NCBI GenBank assembly: GCA_965215605.1 | Contig: OZ244070.1 | Location: 3,424,001 to 3,488,000 of the forward strand | Origin: an uncultured Candidatus Binatia bacterium | Lineage (GTDB): Bacteria; Desulfobacterota; Binatia; UBA9968; JAJDTQ01 | Direction: 5' to 3' | DNA: 64,000 nt | Part shown: positions 18,688-31,383 of the stretch, piece after piece | Numbering within the stretch: position 1 is the first letter of the stretch | Layout: each line of letters begins with the position of its first letter | Notes under the pieces: model-generated | Told to the model about the DNA's origin: nothing | Seen by the model: only the letters and a program-made list of their open reading frames with translations | The model's database searches: none | Translations under genes and position numbers: made by a program

Positions 18688-19725
18688 ATGCTCCTGGAAG
18701 AACTGGCCTACGATCTTCCTGAATCGCTGATCTCCGCGTACCCGCCGGAAGACCGGGCTTCGGCCCGTTTGATGGTGGTGGACCGGGGGTCGGGGAGCCT
18801 CATCCATTCCCGGTTCGCCTCCCTGGGGGAGTTCCTGTCGCCGGGAGACGTGCTGGTGCTCAACAACTCCAGGGTGATCCCGGCGCGCCTCGAAGGCCGC
18901 AAGGAGAGCGGCGGCCGGGCCACGGTGCTGCTGGTGGAGCCCTTCGACGTCGGGCGCGGGCTTTGGCTGGCGCTGGTGGACGCGGCCAAGAAGCCGCGGG
19001 CAGGCGGGCGCATCCTGTTTGCCCAAGGGGTGGCGGCCACCGTAATGGGTGACCTCGGGACGGGACGGTACGGCCTTCGGTTCGATCCCCCGGAGCGCTT
19101 CCGGGAGGTGCTCGACGCGCTTGGGACGCCGCCGCTGCCCCACTACATCGAACGGCTCCGCGGCGTCGAGGAAAGCGACCGGGACCGTTATCAGACGGTC
19201 TACGCCTCCATGCCGGGTTCGGTGGCCGCGCCCACTGCAGGCCTCCATTTTACGAAGCCGCTGTTGGCGCGGTTGGCGGCGCACGGGGTGGACAGCGTCC
19301 ACGTCACGCTGCACGTCGGCCTCGGCACTTTCCGGCCGGTACGGGAAAGGGTGGTGGAGAATCACCGCATGGACGGCGAATGGTACACGTTGACCGAGGC
19401 CACGGCCGCGCGAATCCGTCGGGCTCGCACGGAAGGACGGCGGGTGGTGGCGGTGGGCTCCACCACCACCCGCACTCTGGAGAGCATCGTCCGGCGCAAG
19501 GGCAGGGTGGCGGCCGACTCCGGTATCACCCGCCTGTTCATCACCGACGGCTACCGGTTCCAGGGCATCGACGCCCTCGTTACCAACTTCCACCTGCCGC
19601 GTTCCACGCCGCTGGCCATGGTGGCGGCGCTGGCCGGAACGGAGTTGGTGCGGCGCGCCTACACCGAGGCCATCGAGCAGGGCTACCGGTTCTACAGCTA
19701 CGGCGACGCCATGCTTATTCTATAG
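18688..19725 (+). CDS. queA: S-adenosylmethionine:tRNA ribosyltransferase-isomerase
   Basis: [46 protein letters not shown]. Confidence 0.97.
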   Translation: MLLEELAYDLPESLISAYPPEDRASARLMVVDRGSGSLIHSRFASLGEFLSPGDVLVLNNSRVIPARLEGRKESGGRATVLLVEPFDVGRGLWLALVDAAKKPRAGGRILFAQGVAATVMGDLGTGRYGLRFDPPERFREVLDALGTPPLPHYIERLRGVEESDRDRYQTVYASMPGSVAAPTAGLHFTKPLLARLAAHGVDSVHVTLHVGLGTFRPVRERVVENHRMDGEWYTLTEATAARIRRARTEGRRVVAVGSTTTRTLESIVRRKGRVAADSGITRLFITDGYRFQGIDALVTNFHLPRSTPLAMVAALAGTELVRRAYTEAIEQGYRFYSYGDAMLIL

Positions 19726-19768
19726 GCACGCACCGTCCGTCGACTCCGCTCACGACCGTATCATCGCC

Positions 19769-20881
19769 ATGAAATTCACGGTTACCGACAACGACCCGGG
19801 AAGCCGGGGCAGGACAGGGCTGCTGGCAACCGCCCACGGCGTGGTGGAGACTCCGGCATTCATGCCGGTGGGGACCCGGGGCGCGGTGAAGGCGTTGTCG
19901 CCCCGGGACCTGCTGGAGGTCTCGAGCCAGATCGTGCTCTGCAACACCTACCACCTGTACCTGCGGCCCGGGGAGGAGGTGGTCCGCGACCTCGGCGGCT
20001 TGCACGCCTTCATGGGGTGGGAGCGGCCGATCCTCACCGACAGCGGCGGCTACCAGGTGCTGAGCCTGGCGTCCATGCGCAGGATCACCGAGGAGGGGGT
20101 CGCCTTCCGCTCCCATCTGGACGGCTCGTCGCATTTCCTGAGTCCCGAGAAGGTGGTCGGCATCCAGCAGGCGCTGGGCGTGGACGTGGCCATGGTGCTG
20201 GACGAGTGCATCCCGTACCCGGCGGACCGGGAGTACGTCAGGAAATCGACGGACCGGACCGTGCGCTGGGCCCGGCGGTCGCTGGATGCGCCCCGGAACC
20301 GTGACAGCGCGTTGTTCGGGATCGTCCAGGGAGGCGTCTTCAAGGACCTGCGGGAAGACTGTGTTTCCCGCCTGCGGGACCTCCCCTTCGACGGCTTCGC
20401 CGCCGGCGGGTTGGGCATCGGCGAGGGGCCGGCGCTGTTGGCGGAGATCGGGAGCTTCACCGCCGGGCTGTTGCCGGAGGACCGCCCGCGCTACCTCATG
20501 GGGCTGGGAAAGCCCGAAGACTTGATTCATGGGGTGCGGTCCGGCTATGATCTGTTCGATTGCGTTCTGCCGACGAGGAATGCCAGGAACGGCACGTTAT
20601 ACACCGCCACCGGGAAGCTCAGCATCAAGAACGCGGCCTTCGCCAGGGACCCGCGTCCCGTGGACGAAGCCTGCCCGTGCTACGGTTGCCGGCATTTTTC
20701 GCGTGCCTATCTTCGCCACCTCTACGTGGCCGGCGAAATCCTGGCGGCCTATCTGAACACGCTGCACAACGTCTGCTACTATCAACGGTTGATGGCGGAG
20801 TTGCGCGGGGCCATTCGGAATCGGTCGAGCCTGGACAACGTCGCGGGCGGGGTGTGGAACCTCCCCGAGGCGGCCGGTTGA
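19769..20881 (+). CDS. tgt: tRNA-guanine transglycosylase
   Basis: [39 protein letters not shown]. Confidence 0.97.
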   Translation: MKFTVTDNDPGSRGRTGLLATAHGVVETPAFMPVGTRGAVKALSPRDLLEVSSQIVLCNTYHLYLRPGEEVVRDLGGLHAFMGWERPILTDSGGYQVLSLASMRRITEEGVAFRSHLDGSSHFLSPEKVVGIQQALGVDVAMVLDECIPYPADREYVRKSTDRTVRWARRSLDAPRNRDSALFGIVQGGVFKDLREDCVSRLRDLPFDGFAAGGLGIGEGPALLAEIGSFTAGLLPEDRPRYLMGLGKPEDLIHGVRSGYDLFDCVLPTRNARNGTLYTATGKLSIKNAAFARDPRPVDEACPCYGCRHFSRAYLRHLYVAGEILAAYLNTLHNVCYYQRLMAELRGAIRNRSSLDNVAGGVWNLPEAAG

Positions 20882-20958
20882 GACCGCGCGGCGCACGACC
20901 CTCGGCAGGGGTGGAACGTCGGTTACCGGCACACTGAAGTAGTCTTGGAGGAGAGAAT

Positions 20959-21291
20959 ATGTGGGACGTAGCCTATGCGCAGGCCGGAGGAGGCCCCAGC
21001 ACCTTCATCAGCATGCTGCCTCTGGTGCTCATTTTCGCGGTCTTCTACTTTCTCCTGATCAGACCCCAGCAACGCAAGGCCAAGGAGCACCGGAACATGC
21101 TGACGCAGCTCAAGCGCAACGACGAGGTCATGACCACGGGCGGCGTGTTCGGCAAGATCCAGGCGCTGACGGAGACCGAGTTGACCCTGGAAGTGGCGCC
21201 CAACGTGAAGATCAGGGTGAGCCGGAGCCATATCGCCCAGCTCTTCCGAGGAGAAAAGGCGGCCGGGGCCAAGGAGGTCAAGGGAAAGTAG
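20959..21291 (+). CDS. yajC: preprotein translocase subunit YajC
   Basis: FYFLLIRPQQR, DEVMTTGGVFG. Confidence 0.95.
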   Translation: MWDVAYAQAGGGPSTFISMLPLVLIFAVFYFLLIRPQQRKAKEHRNMLTQLKRNDEVMTTGGVFGKIQALTETELTLEVAPNVKIRVSRSHIAQLFRGEKAAGAKEVKGK

Positions 21292-21315
21292 TCAAGGGAA
21301 GGTAGTCAAGGGAAA
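21277..21315 (+). repeat. 14-bp tandem repeat (about 2.8 copies) spanning the yajC stop
   Basis: GTCAAGGGAAAGTA GTCAAGGGAAGGTA GTCAAGGGAAA. Confidence 0.85.
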
Positions 21316-21320
21316 CTGGC

Positions 21321-22907
21321 ATGCGTCAAAGCCTGGTCATTCGCCTGGTCCTGTTAGCGGTCTGCATGGTGGCGGCGGGGATCTATCTCGCCCCGAGCTT
21401 CGTGTCCGGCCTGTGGTTCCTGCCCGAGAACGGCATCCGTCTCGGTCTGGATCTTCAGGGCGGGTCCCACCTGGTGTTGGAAGTGGAGGTGGAGAAAGCG
21501 GTGGAGAACCGTATGCGGCGGGTGCGGACCGCGCTCCGCGACGAGTTGAGGGAGCGTGGCATCGCGTTCAAGAGTCTGGAAATCAGCAGCGCCGGGGAGC
21601 TGGCGGTCACGGCTTCCCAGGGCAGCATGGAGCGCATTCGCGAGCTGCTGACCGCGGAGTTCGCGCAGTTGGACGTGTCCGCTTCGAGCGCCGGCGCGGA
21701 CGGAACGGAGCTGCGGGCGGCGTTCGTGGCCCGGGAGCTCGAGGACATCCGTGACTTCGCGGTGGATCAGACGCTGGAGACCATCCGCAACCGTATCGAC
21801 CAGTTCGGGGTCACCGAGCCCACCATCCAGCGCCAGGGCCAGTACGATATACTCGTCCAACTACCCGGAATTCAGGATCCGGAGCGCGCCAAGGCGCTCA
21901 TCGGCAAGACCGCGCTGCTGGAGTTCAAGCTCGTGGACGAGCGCGGAGACGTGCAGGCGGCCGAACAGTCCGGCGCGCCGCCGGGGCGCGAGGTGCTGTA
22001 CGGTTACGAGGACGCCGCTTCCTCCGGGGTGCGCCGCGAGAAGATCCCCTACCTGTTGGAAGCGCGCACGTTGATGACCGGCGACGCCATTGCCGACGCC
22101 AACGTCCGCCGGGGCGATCAACTGGAGGGTCTGTACGTCGAGCTGGCGCTGAACTCCGTGGGCAGCACCGCCTTCGACCGCCTCACCGGAGAGAACGTCG
22201 GACGGCTGCTGGCCATCGTGCTGGACGGGCGGGTCTATTCCGCGCCGCAGATCCGCGAGCGGATCTCCGGCGGCGTGGCCTCCATCACCGGCAACTTCAG
22301 CTTCCAGGAGGCCCGGGACTTGGCCATCGTGCTCCGCGCGGGCGCGCTGCCCGCCCCGGTGAAGTTTCTGGAAGAGCGCACTGTCGGGCCGTCCCTGGGG
22401 CGCGACTCGGTGGAGAAGGGGATCTTTTCCTTCGTTCTCGGAAGCGTCCTGGTGCTCATCTTCATGATGGCCTACTACCGGGGCGCGGGGGTGTTGGCGG
22501 ATGTCGCGCTGGTTCTGAACATCTTCTTCATGATGGCGATTCTCGCGGGCTTCGAAGCAGTGCTTACGCTGCCCGGCATCGCCGGCATCATCCTGACCCT
22601 GGGCATGGCCGTGGATGCCAACGTGCTGATCAACGAACGCATTCGTGAAGAGGTGCGGAACGGGAAGTCGCCGCGATCCGCGGTGGATACCGGCTACGAA
22701 CGCGCCATTCCGGCCATCCTCGACTCGAACCTGACCACCTTTCTCGCCGGGGTCATCCTGTTCCAGTTCGGCACCGGCCCGATCCGCGGTTTCGCGGTCA
22801 CCCTGTGTGTCGGCATCCTGACGACGGTCATCTCCGCGGTGTACGGCACGCGTATCTACTACGACTACCGCCTGGCCAGGCGGAATCTGGTCAGGCTCTC
22901 CGTTTAG
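21321..22907 (+). CDS. secD: protein translocase subunit SecD
   Basis: LGLDLQGG, RNRIDQFGVTEP, LRAGALPAP, GMAVDANVLINERI. Confidence 0.97.
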   Translation: MRQSLVIRLVLLAVCMVAAGIYLAPSFVSGLWFLPENGIRLGLDLQGGSHLVLEVEVEKAVENRMRRVRTALRDELRERGIAFKSLEISSAGELAVTASQGSMERIRELLTAEFAQLDVSASSAGADGTELRAAFVARELEDIRDFAVDQTLETIRNRIDQFGVTEPTIQRQGQYDILVQLPGIQDPERAKALIGKTALLEFKLVDERGDVQAAEQSGAPPGREVLYGYEDAASSGVRREKIPYLLEARTLMTGDAIADANVRRGDQLEGLYVELALNSVGSTAFDRLTGENVGRLLAIVLDGRVYSAPQIRERISGGVASITGNFSFQEARDLAIVLRAGALPAPVKFLEERTVGPSLGRDSVEKGIFSFVLGSVLVLIFMMAYYRGAGVLADVALVLNIFFMMAILAGFEAVLTLPGIAGIILTLGMAVDANVLINERIREEVRNGKSPRSAVDTGYERAIPAILDSNLTTFLAGVILFQFGTGPIRGFAVTLCVGILTTVISAVYGTRIYYDYRLARRNLVRLSV

Positions 22908-22947
22908 GAATCGGGACCCGGGTGTAGCGACACGGACGACGAAGATT

Positions 22948-23844
22948 ATGGAAATCATCAAGCCGGGAACCCAGATACCTTTCTTGAGCTATCGCCGATG
23001 GGGGTTCATCTTGTCGTCGGTGCTCATCGTGGGCGTGCTGCTGCTGTTGTTCACCAAGGGCCCGAATCTCGGAGTCGATTTCGAAGGCGGCACCATGGTC
23101 CACGTGAAGTTCGGGGACACGGTGGCCATCGGACAGTTGCGGACCGCCCTGGACCAGTCGCCGCTGGGCGGGGTGGTGCAGGATTTCGGCGGTGGCGGCG
23201 CCGGCGAGTATCTCATCCGCATGGAGAAGTCCGGCACCCAGATCGGCACCGTGGGCAGGGATATTCGCAACGTTCTCGACCGGGCCTTCGGCCAAGGTTC
23301 CTACGAGGTGCTGCGGGTAGAGTCGGTGGGCCCGAAGGTCGGGGACGACCTGCGCCGGCGGGGTATCCTTTCCGTCATTTTCGCCACCATCATGATGGGC
23401 GCGTATATCTGGATCCGGTTCGAGCTGCGTTTCGGGCTGGGCGCCATCGTCGCCCTGATCCACGATGTGCTGATCACGCTGGGGGCGCTCGTGGTTGCCG
23501 ATTTCGAACTGGACCTTCCCATCGTGGCCGCGCTGTTGACCATCGCCGGCTACTCGGTCAACGACACGGTGGTGATCTGCGACCGTATCCGCGAGAACAT
23601 GCGCAAGTACCGGCGCGACCCCATGGAAAAGATCATCAACACGAGCATCAACGAGACCCTAGGCCGGACCATCCTCACCACGGTGACGACGCTGTTGGTG
23701 CTGACGGCACTTCTGGTCCTGGGCGGCGGCGTGATACGGCCCTTCGCCTTCACGCTCTTCGTCGGCTTCCTGGCGGGCCTCTACTCCACCATCTTCGTAG
23801 CCACTCCCACGATCCTCTTCTTCGAGAAAGGCCGAAGGCGATAG
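22948..23844 (+). CDS. secF: protein translocase subunit SecF
   Basis: GVDFEGG, VGPKVG, GYSVNDTVVICDRIRE. Confidence 0.97.
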   Translation: MEIIKPGTQIPFLSYRRWGFILSSVLIVGVLLLLFTKGPNLGVDFEGGTMVHVKFGDTVAIGQLRTALDQSPLGGVVQDFGGGGAGEYLIRMEKSGTQIGTVGRDIRNVLDRAFGQGSYEVLRVESVGPKVGDDLRRRGILSVIFATIMMGAYIWIRFELRFGLGAIVALIHDVLITLGALVVADFELDLPIVAALLTIAGYSVNDTVVICDRIRENMRKYRRDPMEKIINTSINETLGRTILTTVTTLLVLTALLVLGGGVIRPFAFTLFVGFLAGLYSTIFVATPTILFFEKGRRR

Positions 23845-23859
23845 CGCCGGCCGCGTACG

Positions 23860-25581
23860 TTGAATGACGCACCGAAGCGCTGGATCTTCAAGGAGGCCGA
23901 CGAAACCGCGGCCGCTCTCCTGTCCCGGGAGTTGAAGCTTCCGCTGCTGCTGGCCCGCATCCTGGCGCAACGCGGTCTCGCGGAGCCGGATGCGGCCCGC
24001 CGCTTCCTCTCCTCCAGCCTGAGCACGGACCTGCCTTCGCCCGACCTGCTGGCGGGCATGCACGACGCCGTGGATCGCATCTGCCGCGCCCTGCGGGACG
24101 GCGAACGGCTCTGTATCTGGGGCGACTACGACGTGGACGGCACCACCGGAGCTGCCGTGCTGGTGTCGTTTCTGCGCGAGATCGGCGGTGCGCCCATGTT
24201 CTACATCCCGCACCGGATCGAAGAGGGCTACGGCATGAGCCGGCAGGGCATCGAGCACCTCCATTCCCAGGACGTGGCGCTCATCATTACCGTGGACTGC
24301 GGCATCTCCAACGCCGACGAGGTGGCGTACGCCCGGACCCTGGGGATGGACGTGGTCATCGTCGACCACCACCAGTTGCCGGAACGGCTGCCCGACGCGG
24401 CGGCGGCCGTCATCAACCCCCAGCGGACCGACTGCGCCTTTCCCGACAAGGGCCTCTGCGCGGCCGGACTGGCGTTCTACCTCGTCATCGGGCTGCGAGC
24501 GAGTCTCCGGGAGTCGGGCTGGTTCGAGCCCGACGGCGTGCCCGACATCCGGCGTCACCTGGATATCGTGACGCTGGGCACCATCGCCGACATGGTGCCG
24601 CTGCGCGGCACCAACCGGGTGCTCACCCGCCGGGGCCTGGTGGAGCTGGAGAGCTCCACCAGGCCGGGCGTCGTCGCCTTGAGGGAGGTGGTTGGAGTAC
24701 GCGCCGGCGCGATGGACGCCGGCACCGTCGCCTTTCAGCTCGGGCCGCGGATCAACGCCGCCGGCCGCATGGACGCCGCGGTCAAGGTGGTGGAGATGCT
24801 GACCACGGACTCCGCGGAGACCGCGGAGGAGATCGCCCGGGAGCTGGACGGGCACAACCGGGAGCGCCGGGAGATCGAGGCCCAGGTGCTGGACGAGGCG
24901 CTGGCGCAGATCGAGAACAAGCGGCTCCAGGACCGTTGGTCCATCGTGGTGGGCAGCGGGGGATGGCATCCCGGCGTGCTCGGCATCGTCGCCTCGCGCA
25001 TCGTCGAGCGGTTTCACCGTCCCACCATCGTCATCGGCTTCGAGGACGGCGAGGGCAAGGGCTCGGGAAGGAGCATCCGCGGGTTCCACATGGTGCGGGC
25101 CATGCGGCGCTGCGCGGACTTGCTGGAGCGTTTCGGCGGCCACGAGTACGCCGCCGGCCTGAGCATCCGGGAAGACAACATCGGACCCTTTGCGGCGCGT
25201 TTCGAGGAGGCGGCGACGGAGCTTCTGAGCGCGGAAGACCTCCTGCCTTACCTCGACATCGACGCCGAGGTGGAGTTCCGGCAGTTGAGCCTCGGCCTGG
25301 TGCGGGAGATGCGGCAACTGGGCCCCTTCGGCGTGGGCAATCCCGAGCCGGTGTTCGAAACGCGCGGCGTCGAGGTATGCGAACGCCGGGACTTCAACAC
25401 GGTGTCGCGTTTCCGGCTGAAGCACAACGAGCATACGGTGACGGCGGTGGCTTTCGGTCCGCCCGACAAGCTCCCGGTGCGGCCCAGGGACAAGGTGGAC
25501 GTCGCCTACCGCCTGAAGGAAAACGAGTGGCAGGGCACCTACGCCATGGAACTCCGCCTGCTGGACGTCAGGCCGTTATAG
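23860..25581 (+). CDS. recJ: single-stranded-DNA exonuclease RecJ
   Basis: GDYDVDG, TVDCG, DHH, GPRINAAGR, GGHEYAAG; TTG start. Confidence 0.96.
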   Translation: MNDAPKRWIFKEADETAAALLSRELKLPLLLARILAQRGLAEPDAARRFLSSSLSTDLPSPDLLAGMHDAVDRICRALRDGERLCIWGDYDVDGTTGAAVLVSFLREIGGAPMFYIPHRIEEGYGMSRQGIEHLHSQDVALIITVDCGISNADEVAYARTLGMDVVIVDHHQLPERLPDAAAAVINPQRTDCAFPDKGLCAAGLAFYLVIGLRASLRESGWFEPDGVPDIRRHLDIVTLGTIADMVPLRGTNRVLTRRGLVELESSTRPGVVALREVVGVRAGAMDAGTVAFQLGPRINAAGRMDAAVKVVEMLTTDSAETAEEIARELDGHNRERREIEAQVLDEALAQIENKRLQDRWSIVVGSGGWHPGVLGIVASRIVERFHRPTIVIGFEDGEGKGSGRSIRGFHMVRAMRRCADLLERFGGHEYAAGLSIREDNIGPFAARFEEAATELLSAEDLLPYLDIDAEVEFRQLSLGLVREMRQLGPFGVGNPEPVFETRGVEVCERRDFNTVSRFRLKHNEHTVTAVAFGPPDKLPVRPRDKVDVAYRLKENEWQGTYAMELRLLDVRPL

Positions 25582-25614
25582 CGTTTCGGGTTTCCGGCCA
25601 AACCGCGCGAGCAT

Positions 25615-25643
25615 TTGACAATCGGGCGCTTCTCCATTACAAA
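25615..25643 (+). promoter_or_regulatory. putative sigma70 promoter of rplU operon
   Basis: TTGACA, 17 nt, TACAAA. Confidence 0.55.
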
Positions 25644-25654
25644 GTCATGCAACT

Positions 25655-25978
25655 ATGGGACGTTATGCAGTCATAAAGACGGGTGGGAAGCAGTACCGGG
25701 TGGCCGAGGGAGAGATGGTGGAAGTGGAGCGCCTGGGCGGTGAGGTCGGCGCCACCGTGACCCTGGACGAGGTGTTGCTGGTGAGCGGCGGCGATGACGA
25801 GCAGGCGACCATCGGCACTCCGGTGGTGGAACAGGCCCAGGTTACGGCGGAGATCGTCGAGCAGGGGCTTGCCAAGAAGATCATCGTCTTCAAGAAGAAG
25901 AGGCGGAAGGGCTACAAGCGGAAACAGGGCCACCGCCAGATGCAGACGACCCTGAGAATCACCGAAATCCAGGCTTGA
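25655..25978 (+). CDS. rplU: 50S ribosomal protein L21
   Basis: [29 protein letters not shown]. Confidence 0.98.
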   Translation: MGRYAVIKTGGKQYRVAEGEMVEVERLGGEVGATVTLDEVLLVSGGDDEQATIGTPVVEQAQVTAEIVEQGLAKKIIVFKKKRRKGYKRKQGHRQMQTTLRITEIQA

Positions 25979-25991
25979 GGCGGAACAACCG

Positions 25992-26246
25992 ATGGCGCAC
26001 AAGAAATCAGGCGGAAGCTCGCGAAACGGTCGCGACAGTCACGGACAGAGGCGCGGCGTCAAGCGCTACGGCGGAGAGCACGTCAAGGCGGGCAACATCC
26101 TGGTCCGTCAGTTGGGCACCAGGATCCATCCGGGCAAGAACGTCGGCATGGGTCGCGACTACACGCTGTTCGCCCTGGTGGAGGGCACGGTGGAGTACAA
26201 GCGCTGGGGCCGGTCGCGCAAACGGGTCGCCATCATACCATCCTGA
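25992..26246 (+). CDS. rpmA: 50S ribosomal protein L27
   Basis: [23 protein letters not shown]. Confidence 0.98.
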   Translation: MAHKKSGGSSRNGRDSHGQRRGVKRYGGEHVKAGNILVRQLGTRIHPGKNVGMGRDYTLFALVEGTVEYKRWGRSRKRVAIIPS

Positions 26247-26363
26247 GAGGCCGCCGCGTGCACGATCGCACGCGTGGAGGGTCTCCATCCTTGCGGCCCC
26301 GCCGCATTTCTTTCCTCGTATTACTTTCCTCGCCCTGTCGTATGCGGTGTTGCCGCACCGTGA

Positions 26364-28566
<2,203 letters not shown>

Positions 28567-28578
28567 TCGGGGGTTGTC

Positions 28579-29835
28579 ATGGCAGTAGCCGAGGAAGCGC
28601 TCGTCATCGGGCGGCGGGCCAGGGAAGCCGCCGGCGCCCTGGCCAATCTTTCCACCGACCTGAAGGACCGGACCCTCGCGGCCATGGCCGACGGCCTCGA
28701 GGCGCGCCAGGACTTCCTGCTCGCCGAGAACGCCAGGGACGTCGGCGCCGCGGGAGAGAAGGGGCTCTCCAAGGCGATGATCGACCGGCTGACACTGAAT
28801 CCCCAGCGGTTAGCGGCCATGGCCGCGGGTATCCGGGACATCGTCGCTCTGCCCGATCCCGTGCGGGAGGTCACCCGCAAGTGGCAACGGCCCAACGGCC
28901 TCGAGGTCGGTCGGATGCGGATACCCCTGGGGGTCATCACCATCATCTACGAGGCCCGGCCCAACGTCACCGCGGACGCCGCGTCGCTGTGCATCAAGTC
29001 GGGCAACGCCGTCATCCTCAAGGGCGGCAGCGAAGCGAAGTTCTCCAACCAGGCCGTCGGCGAGGTGCTGCGGCAGGCCTGCGTGCAGGCGGGGGCGCCG
29101 GAAGACGCGGTGCAGGTCGTGGCCTCCACCGACCGGGCGATGATCCATGAGCTGCTGAAGCTCGAGGAATACGTGGACCTGGTCATACCCCGGGGCGGCG
29201 AGGATCTCATCCGGTTCGTCGCGGCCAACTCCCGGGTGCCGGTGGTGAAGCACTACAAGGGGGTGTGCCACGTCTACGTGGACAGCGACGCCGACCTGGA
29301 CATGGCGGAGCGCATCTCCCTCAACGCCAAGGTCCAGCGCCCCTCGGTGTGCAACGCCATGGAGACCCTGCTGGTGCACGAGGCGGTGGCGCCGCGGTTC
29401 CTGCCCGAGGTCATCGGCAAGCTGAGAGAGAATGGCGTGGAAGTGCGAGGTTGCGAGAAGACCCGGGCGCTGGTGGACGGCGTGGTCCCGGCCGGTGAAG
29501 CGGACTGGCACGAGGAATACCTGGACCTGGTGCTGGCGGTGCGGGTGGTGGCGGACATGGACGAGGCCATCGAGCACATCCGGCGATACGGCTCCGACCA
29601 CACCGAGACCATCGTCACCGCGGACCGCGGTAAGGCCGAGGACTTCGTGGCGCGGGTCCAGTCGTCCGCGGTACTGGTCAACGCCTCGACGCGTTTCAAC
29701 GACGGCGGCGAACTCGGCCTCGGCGCGGAGATCGGCATCAGCACCAGCAAGATTCACGCCTTCGGCCCCATGGGGCTGGAAGAGCTTACCAGCACCAAGT
29801 TCTTCGTCTTCGGCGACGGCCAGGTCCGCACCTGA
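28579..29835 (+). CDS. proA: gamma-glutamyl phosphate reductase
   Basis: [33 protein letters not shown]. Confidence 0.97.
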   Translation: MAVAEEALVIGRRAREAAGALANLSTDLKDRTLAAMADGLEARQDFLLAENARDVGAAGEKGLSKAMIDRLTLNPQRLAAMAAGIRDIVALPDPVREVTRKWQRPNGLEVGRMRIPLGVITIIYEARPNVTADAASLCIKSGNAVILKGGSEAKFSNQAVGEVLRQACVQAGAPEDAVQVVASTDRAMIHELLKLEEYVDLVIPRGGEDLIRFVAANSRVPVVKHYKGVCHVYVDSDADLDMAERISLNAKVQRPSVCNAMETLLVHEAVAPRFLPEVIGKLRENGVEVRGCEKTRALVDGVVPAGEADWHEEYLDLVLAVRVVADMDEAIEHIRRYGSDHTETIVTADRGKAEDFVARVQSSAVLVNASTRFNDGGELGLGAEIGISTSKIHAFGPMGLEELTSTKFFVFGDGQVRT

Positions 29836-29843
29836 ACCCTACC

Positions 29844-30500
29844 ATGCGACTCGGCCTGTTCGGCGGCACCTTCGACCCCATCCACTACGGCCACCTGAGG
29901 AGCGCCGAGGAGGTGCGGGCAGCTTGCGCCCTGGACGAGGTCCGCTTCGTGCCGTGCGGCGTGCCGCCGCACCGGAGCCACCAGCCGGGAGCAACGGCGC
30001 GTCACCGCCTGGAGATGGTGCGGCTGGCGGTGGCGGACAACCCGGGGCTCGGCGTCTCGGACGTGGAGGTCACCCGCCCCGGCGCCTCGTATTCCATCGA
30101 CACCGTGCGCCATTTCGCGGCCGAGCTTGGGCCGGGGGACGAACTGTACCTGATCCTGGGTCTAGACGCGTTCCTGCTTCTCGGCTCCTGGAAGGACTGG
30201 CGCGGGCTGCTGGCCCTTGCCCACGTCATCGTGACCTCCCGCCCGGGATTCGGCGACGCGTTGCCCTACGAGAAGCTCCCCGTTGTCGTGCGGGAGGCGT
30301 TTTGCTATGATCCGGTCCGGTCAGGCTTCCGCAACGAGTTCGGCAAGGAGATCCTGTTCAGGCGTTTGACCGACGTCTCCGTGTCCGCCTCGGCCATACG
30401 GGAGCTGCTCGGAAAGGGGAAATCGATCCGCCACCTGGTCCCTGCGGAAGTGCAGCGTTACGTGAAAGAACAACACCTCTACAACGAGCCGCCGGAGTGA
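29844..30500 (+). CDS. nadD: nicotinate-nucleotide adenylyltransferase
   Basis: GLFGGTFDPIHYGHL, SYSIDT, VSASAIR. Confidence 0.96.
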   Translation: MRLGLFGGTFDPIHYGHLRSAEEVRAACALDEVRFVPCGVPPHRSHQPGATARHRLEMVRLAVADNPGLGVSDVEVTRPGASYSIDTVRHFAAELGPGDELYLILGLDAFLLLGSWKDWRGLLALAHVIVTSRPGFGDALPYEKLPVVVREAFCYDPVRSGFRNEFGKEILFRRLTDVSVSASAIRELLGKGKSIRHLVPAEVQRYVKEQHLYNEPPE

Positions 30501-30502
30501 TA

Positions 30503-30661
30503 GTGTCCTGTCCCGCAAGATCCTGCGATAATTTGCTTGTCTTTTTCGCCGTCGGCTGCGTTGCTCTTTCTCGCGTGGTAACCGCCACTGCTCGTCATCG
30601 CGCCTTGCCGACAACAAAAAATCCTGCGCAACTTGTCGCAGGATCTTGCGGGACAGGACAC
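30503..30661. mobile_element. MITE (non-autonomous, 159 bp) with 34-bp terminal inverted repeats and TA target duplication
   Basis: TA|GTGTCCTGTCCCGCAAGATCCTGCGATAATTTGC ... GCAACTTGTCGCAGGATCTTGCGGGACAGGACAC|TA; 2 mismatches between ends; no internal gene. Confidence 0.8.
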
Positions 30662-30663
30662 TA

Positions 30664-31128
30664 GTGTCCGAGGCCCTCGAAGCCAGGGATAAGGCGCTGC
30701 TGCTCTGTGGCTTCGCGCTCGATAAGAAGGCCCAGGACCTCGCCCTTTTGGAGGTCGGCGGCCTGACCACCATCGCCGACTACTTCATCATCTGTTCCGG
30801 CCGCTCCGACCGGCACGTCCAGAGCATCGCGGAAGGACTCAAGGAAGACGGCCGCCCCCGGGGCGTGCGTCCGCTTGCCAGCGAGGGGATCGCCCGGGGC
30901 CAGTGGGTGCTCATGGACTTCTCCGACGTCCTCGTGCACATCTTCTACGAGCCCGTGCGGCGGTTCTACGACCTTGACGGACTCTGGGCCGGCGCCGTGG
31001 CGGTGGAACTGCCCGAACCCTACGCCACCCTCGCCGCGCAGTTCACCGGCGAAGGCATCGAGCAGGAAGCCTGGCCCCCCGCGGAGCGGGATGCTGGTTC
31101 CAGCGTCCTCGGAAAACGTCTGCGCTGA
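30664..31128 (+). CDS. rsfS: ribosome silencing factor RsfS (Iojap)
   Basis: ALDKKAQDL, IADYFIICSGRSDRHV, WVLMD..VLVHIF..RRFYDLDGLW; GTG start at 30664. Confidence 0.93.
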   Translation: MSEALEARDKALLLCGFALDKKAQDLALLEVGGLTTIADYFIICSGRSDRHVQSIAEGLKEDGRPRGVRPLASEGIARGQWVLMDFSDVLVHIFYEPVRRFYDLDGLWAGAVAVELPEPYATLAAQFTGEGIEQEAWPPAERDAGSSVLGKRLR

Positions 31129-31172
31129 AGCCGATGCGGCCGGACGGGCCGCGCGGGGAAGGTGTTGGGGAT

Positions 31173-31244
31173 TGATCCCAACGGGACTCGAACCCGTGTT
31201 TCTGGCGTGAGAGGCCAGCGTCCTAACCGCTAGACGATGGGACC
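31173..31244 (-). tRNA. tRNA-Glu(CTC)
   Basis: GGTCCCATCGTCTAGCGG.., anticodon loop CTCTCAC, GGTTCGAGTCC; CCA not encoded. Confidence 0.95.
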
Positions 31245-31245
31245 G

Positions 31246-31321
31246 TGGCTGAGGAGGTAGGACTCGAACCTACAATCGCCTGATCCAGAGTCAGGTGGCT
31301 TACCAATTAGCCGACTCCTCA
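31246..31321 (-). tRNA. tRNA-Gln(CTG)
   Basis: TGAGGAG acceptor, CCTGA-CTCTGGA-TCAGG, GGTTCGAGTCC, encoded CCA. Confidence 0.95.
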
Positions 31322-31333
31322 GTGCGATTACCA

Positions 31334-31362
31334 AAGATAAATCAAACAGTCTTGGGCGTCAA
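31334..31362 (-). promoter_or_regulatory. putative sigma70 promoter of tRNA-Gln/tRNA-Glu
   Basis: TTGACG, 17 nt, TATCTT on the minus strand. Confidence 0.6.
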
Positions 31363-31383
31363 GGCGGGAGTCGGTGATACCCC

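Noticed and set aside
21277-21315. Short repeats here and at 50825, 58026 and 59239 as CRISPR arrays
   Set aside because: Units are too short, directly adjacent or degenerate, have no unique spacers, and no cas genes are present.
30646-30663. TTG start of rsfS given by the ORF track
   Set aside because: It lies inside the MITE terminal repeat; GTG at 30664 fits both the ancestral and the replacement SD.
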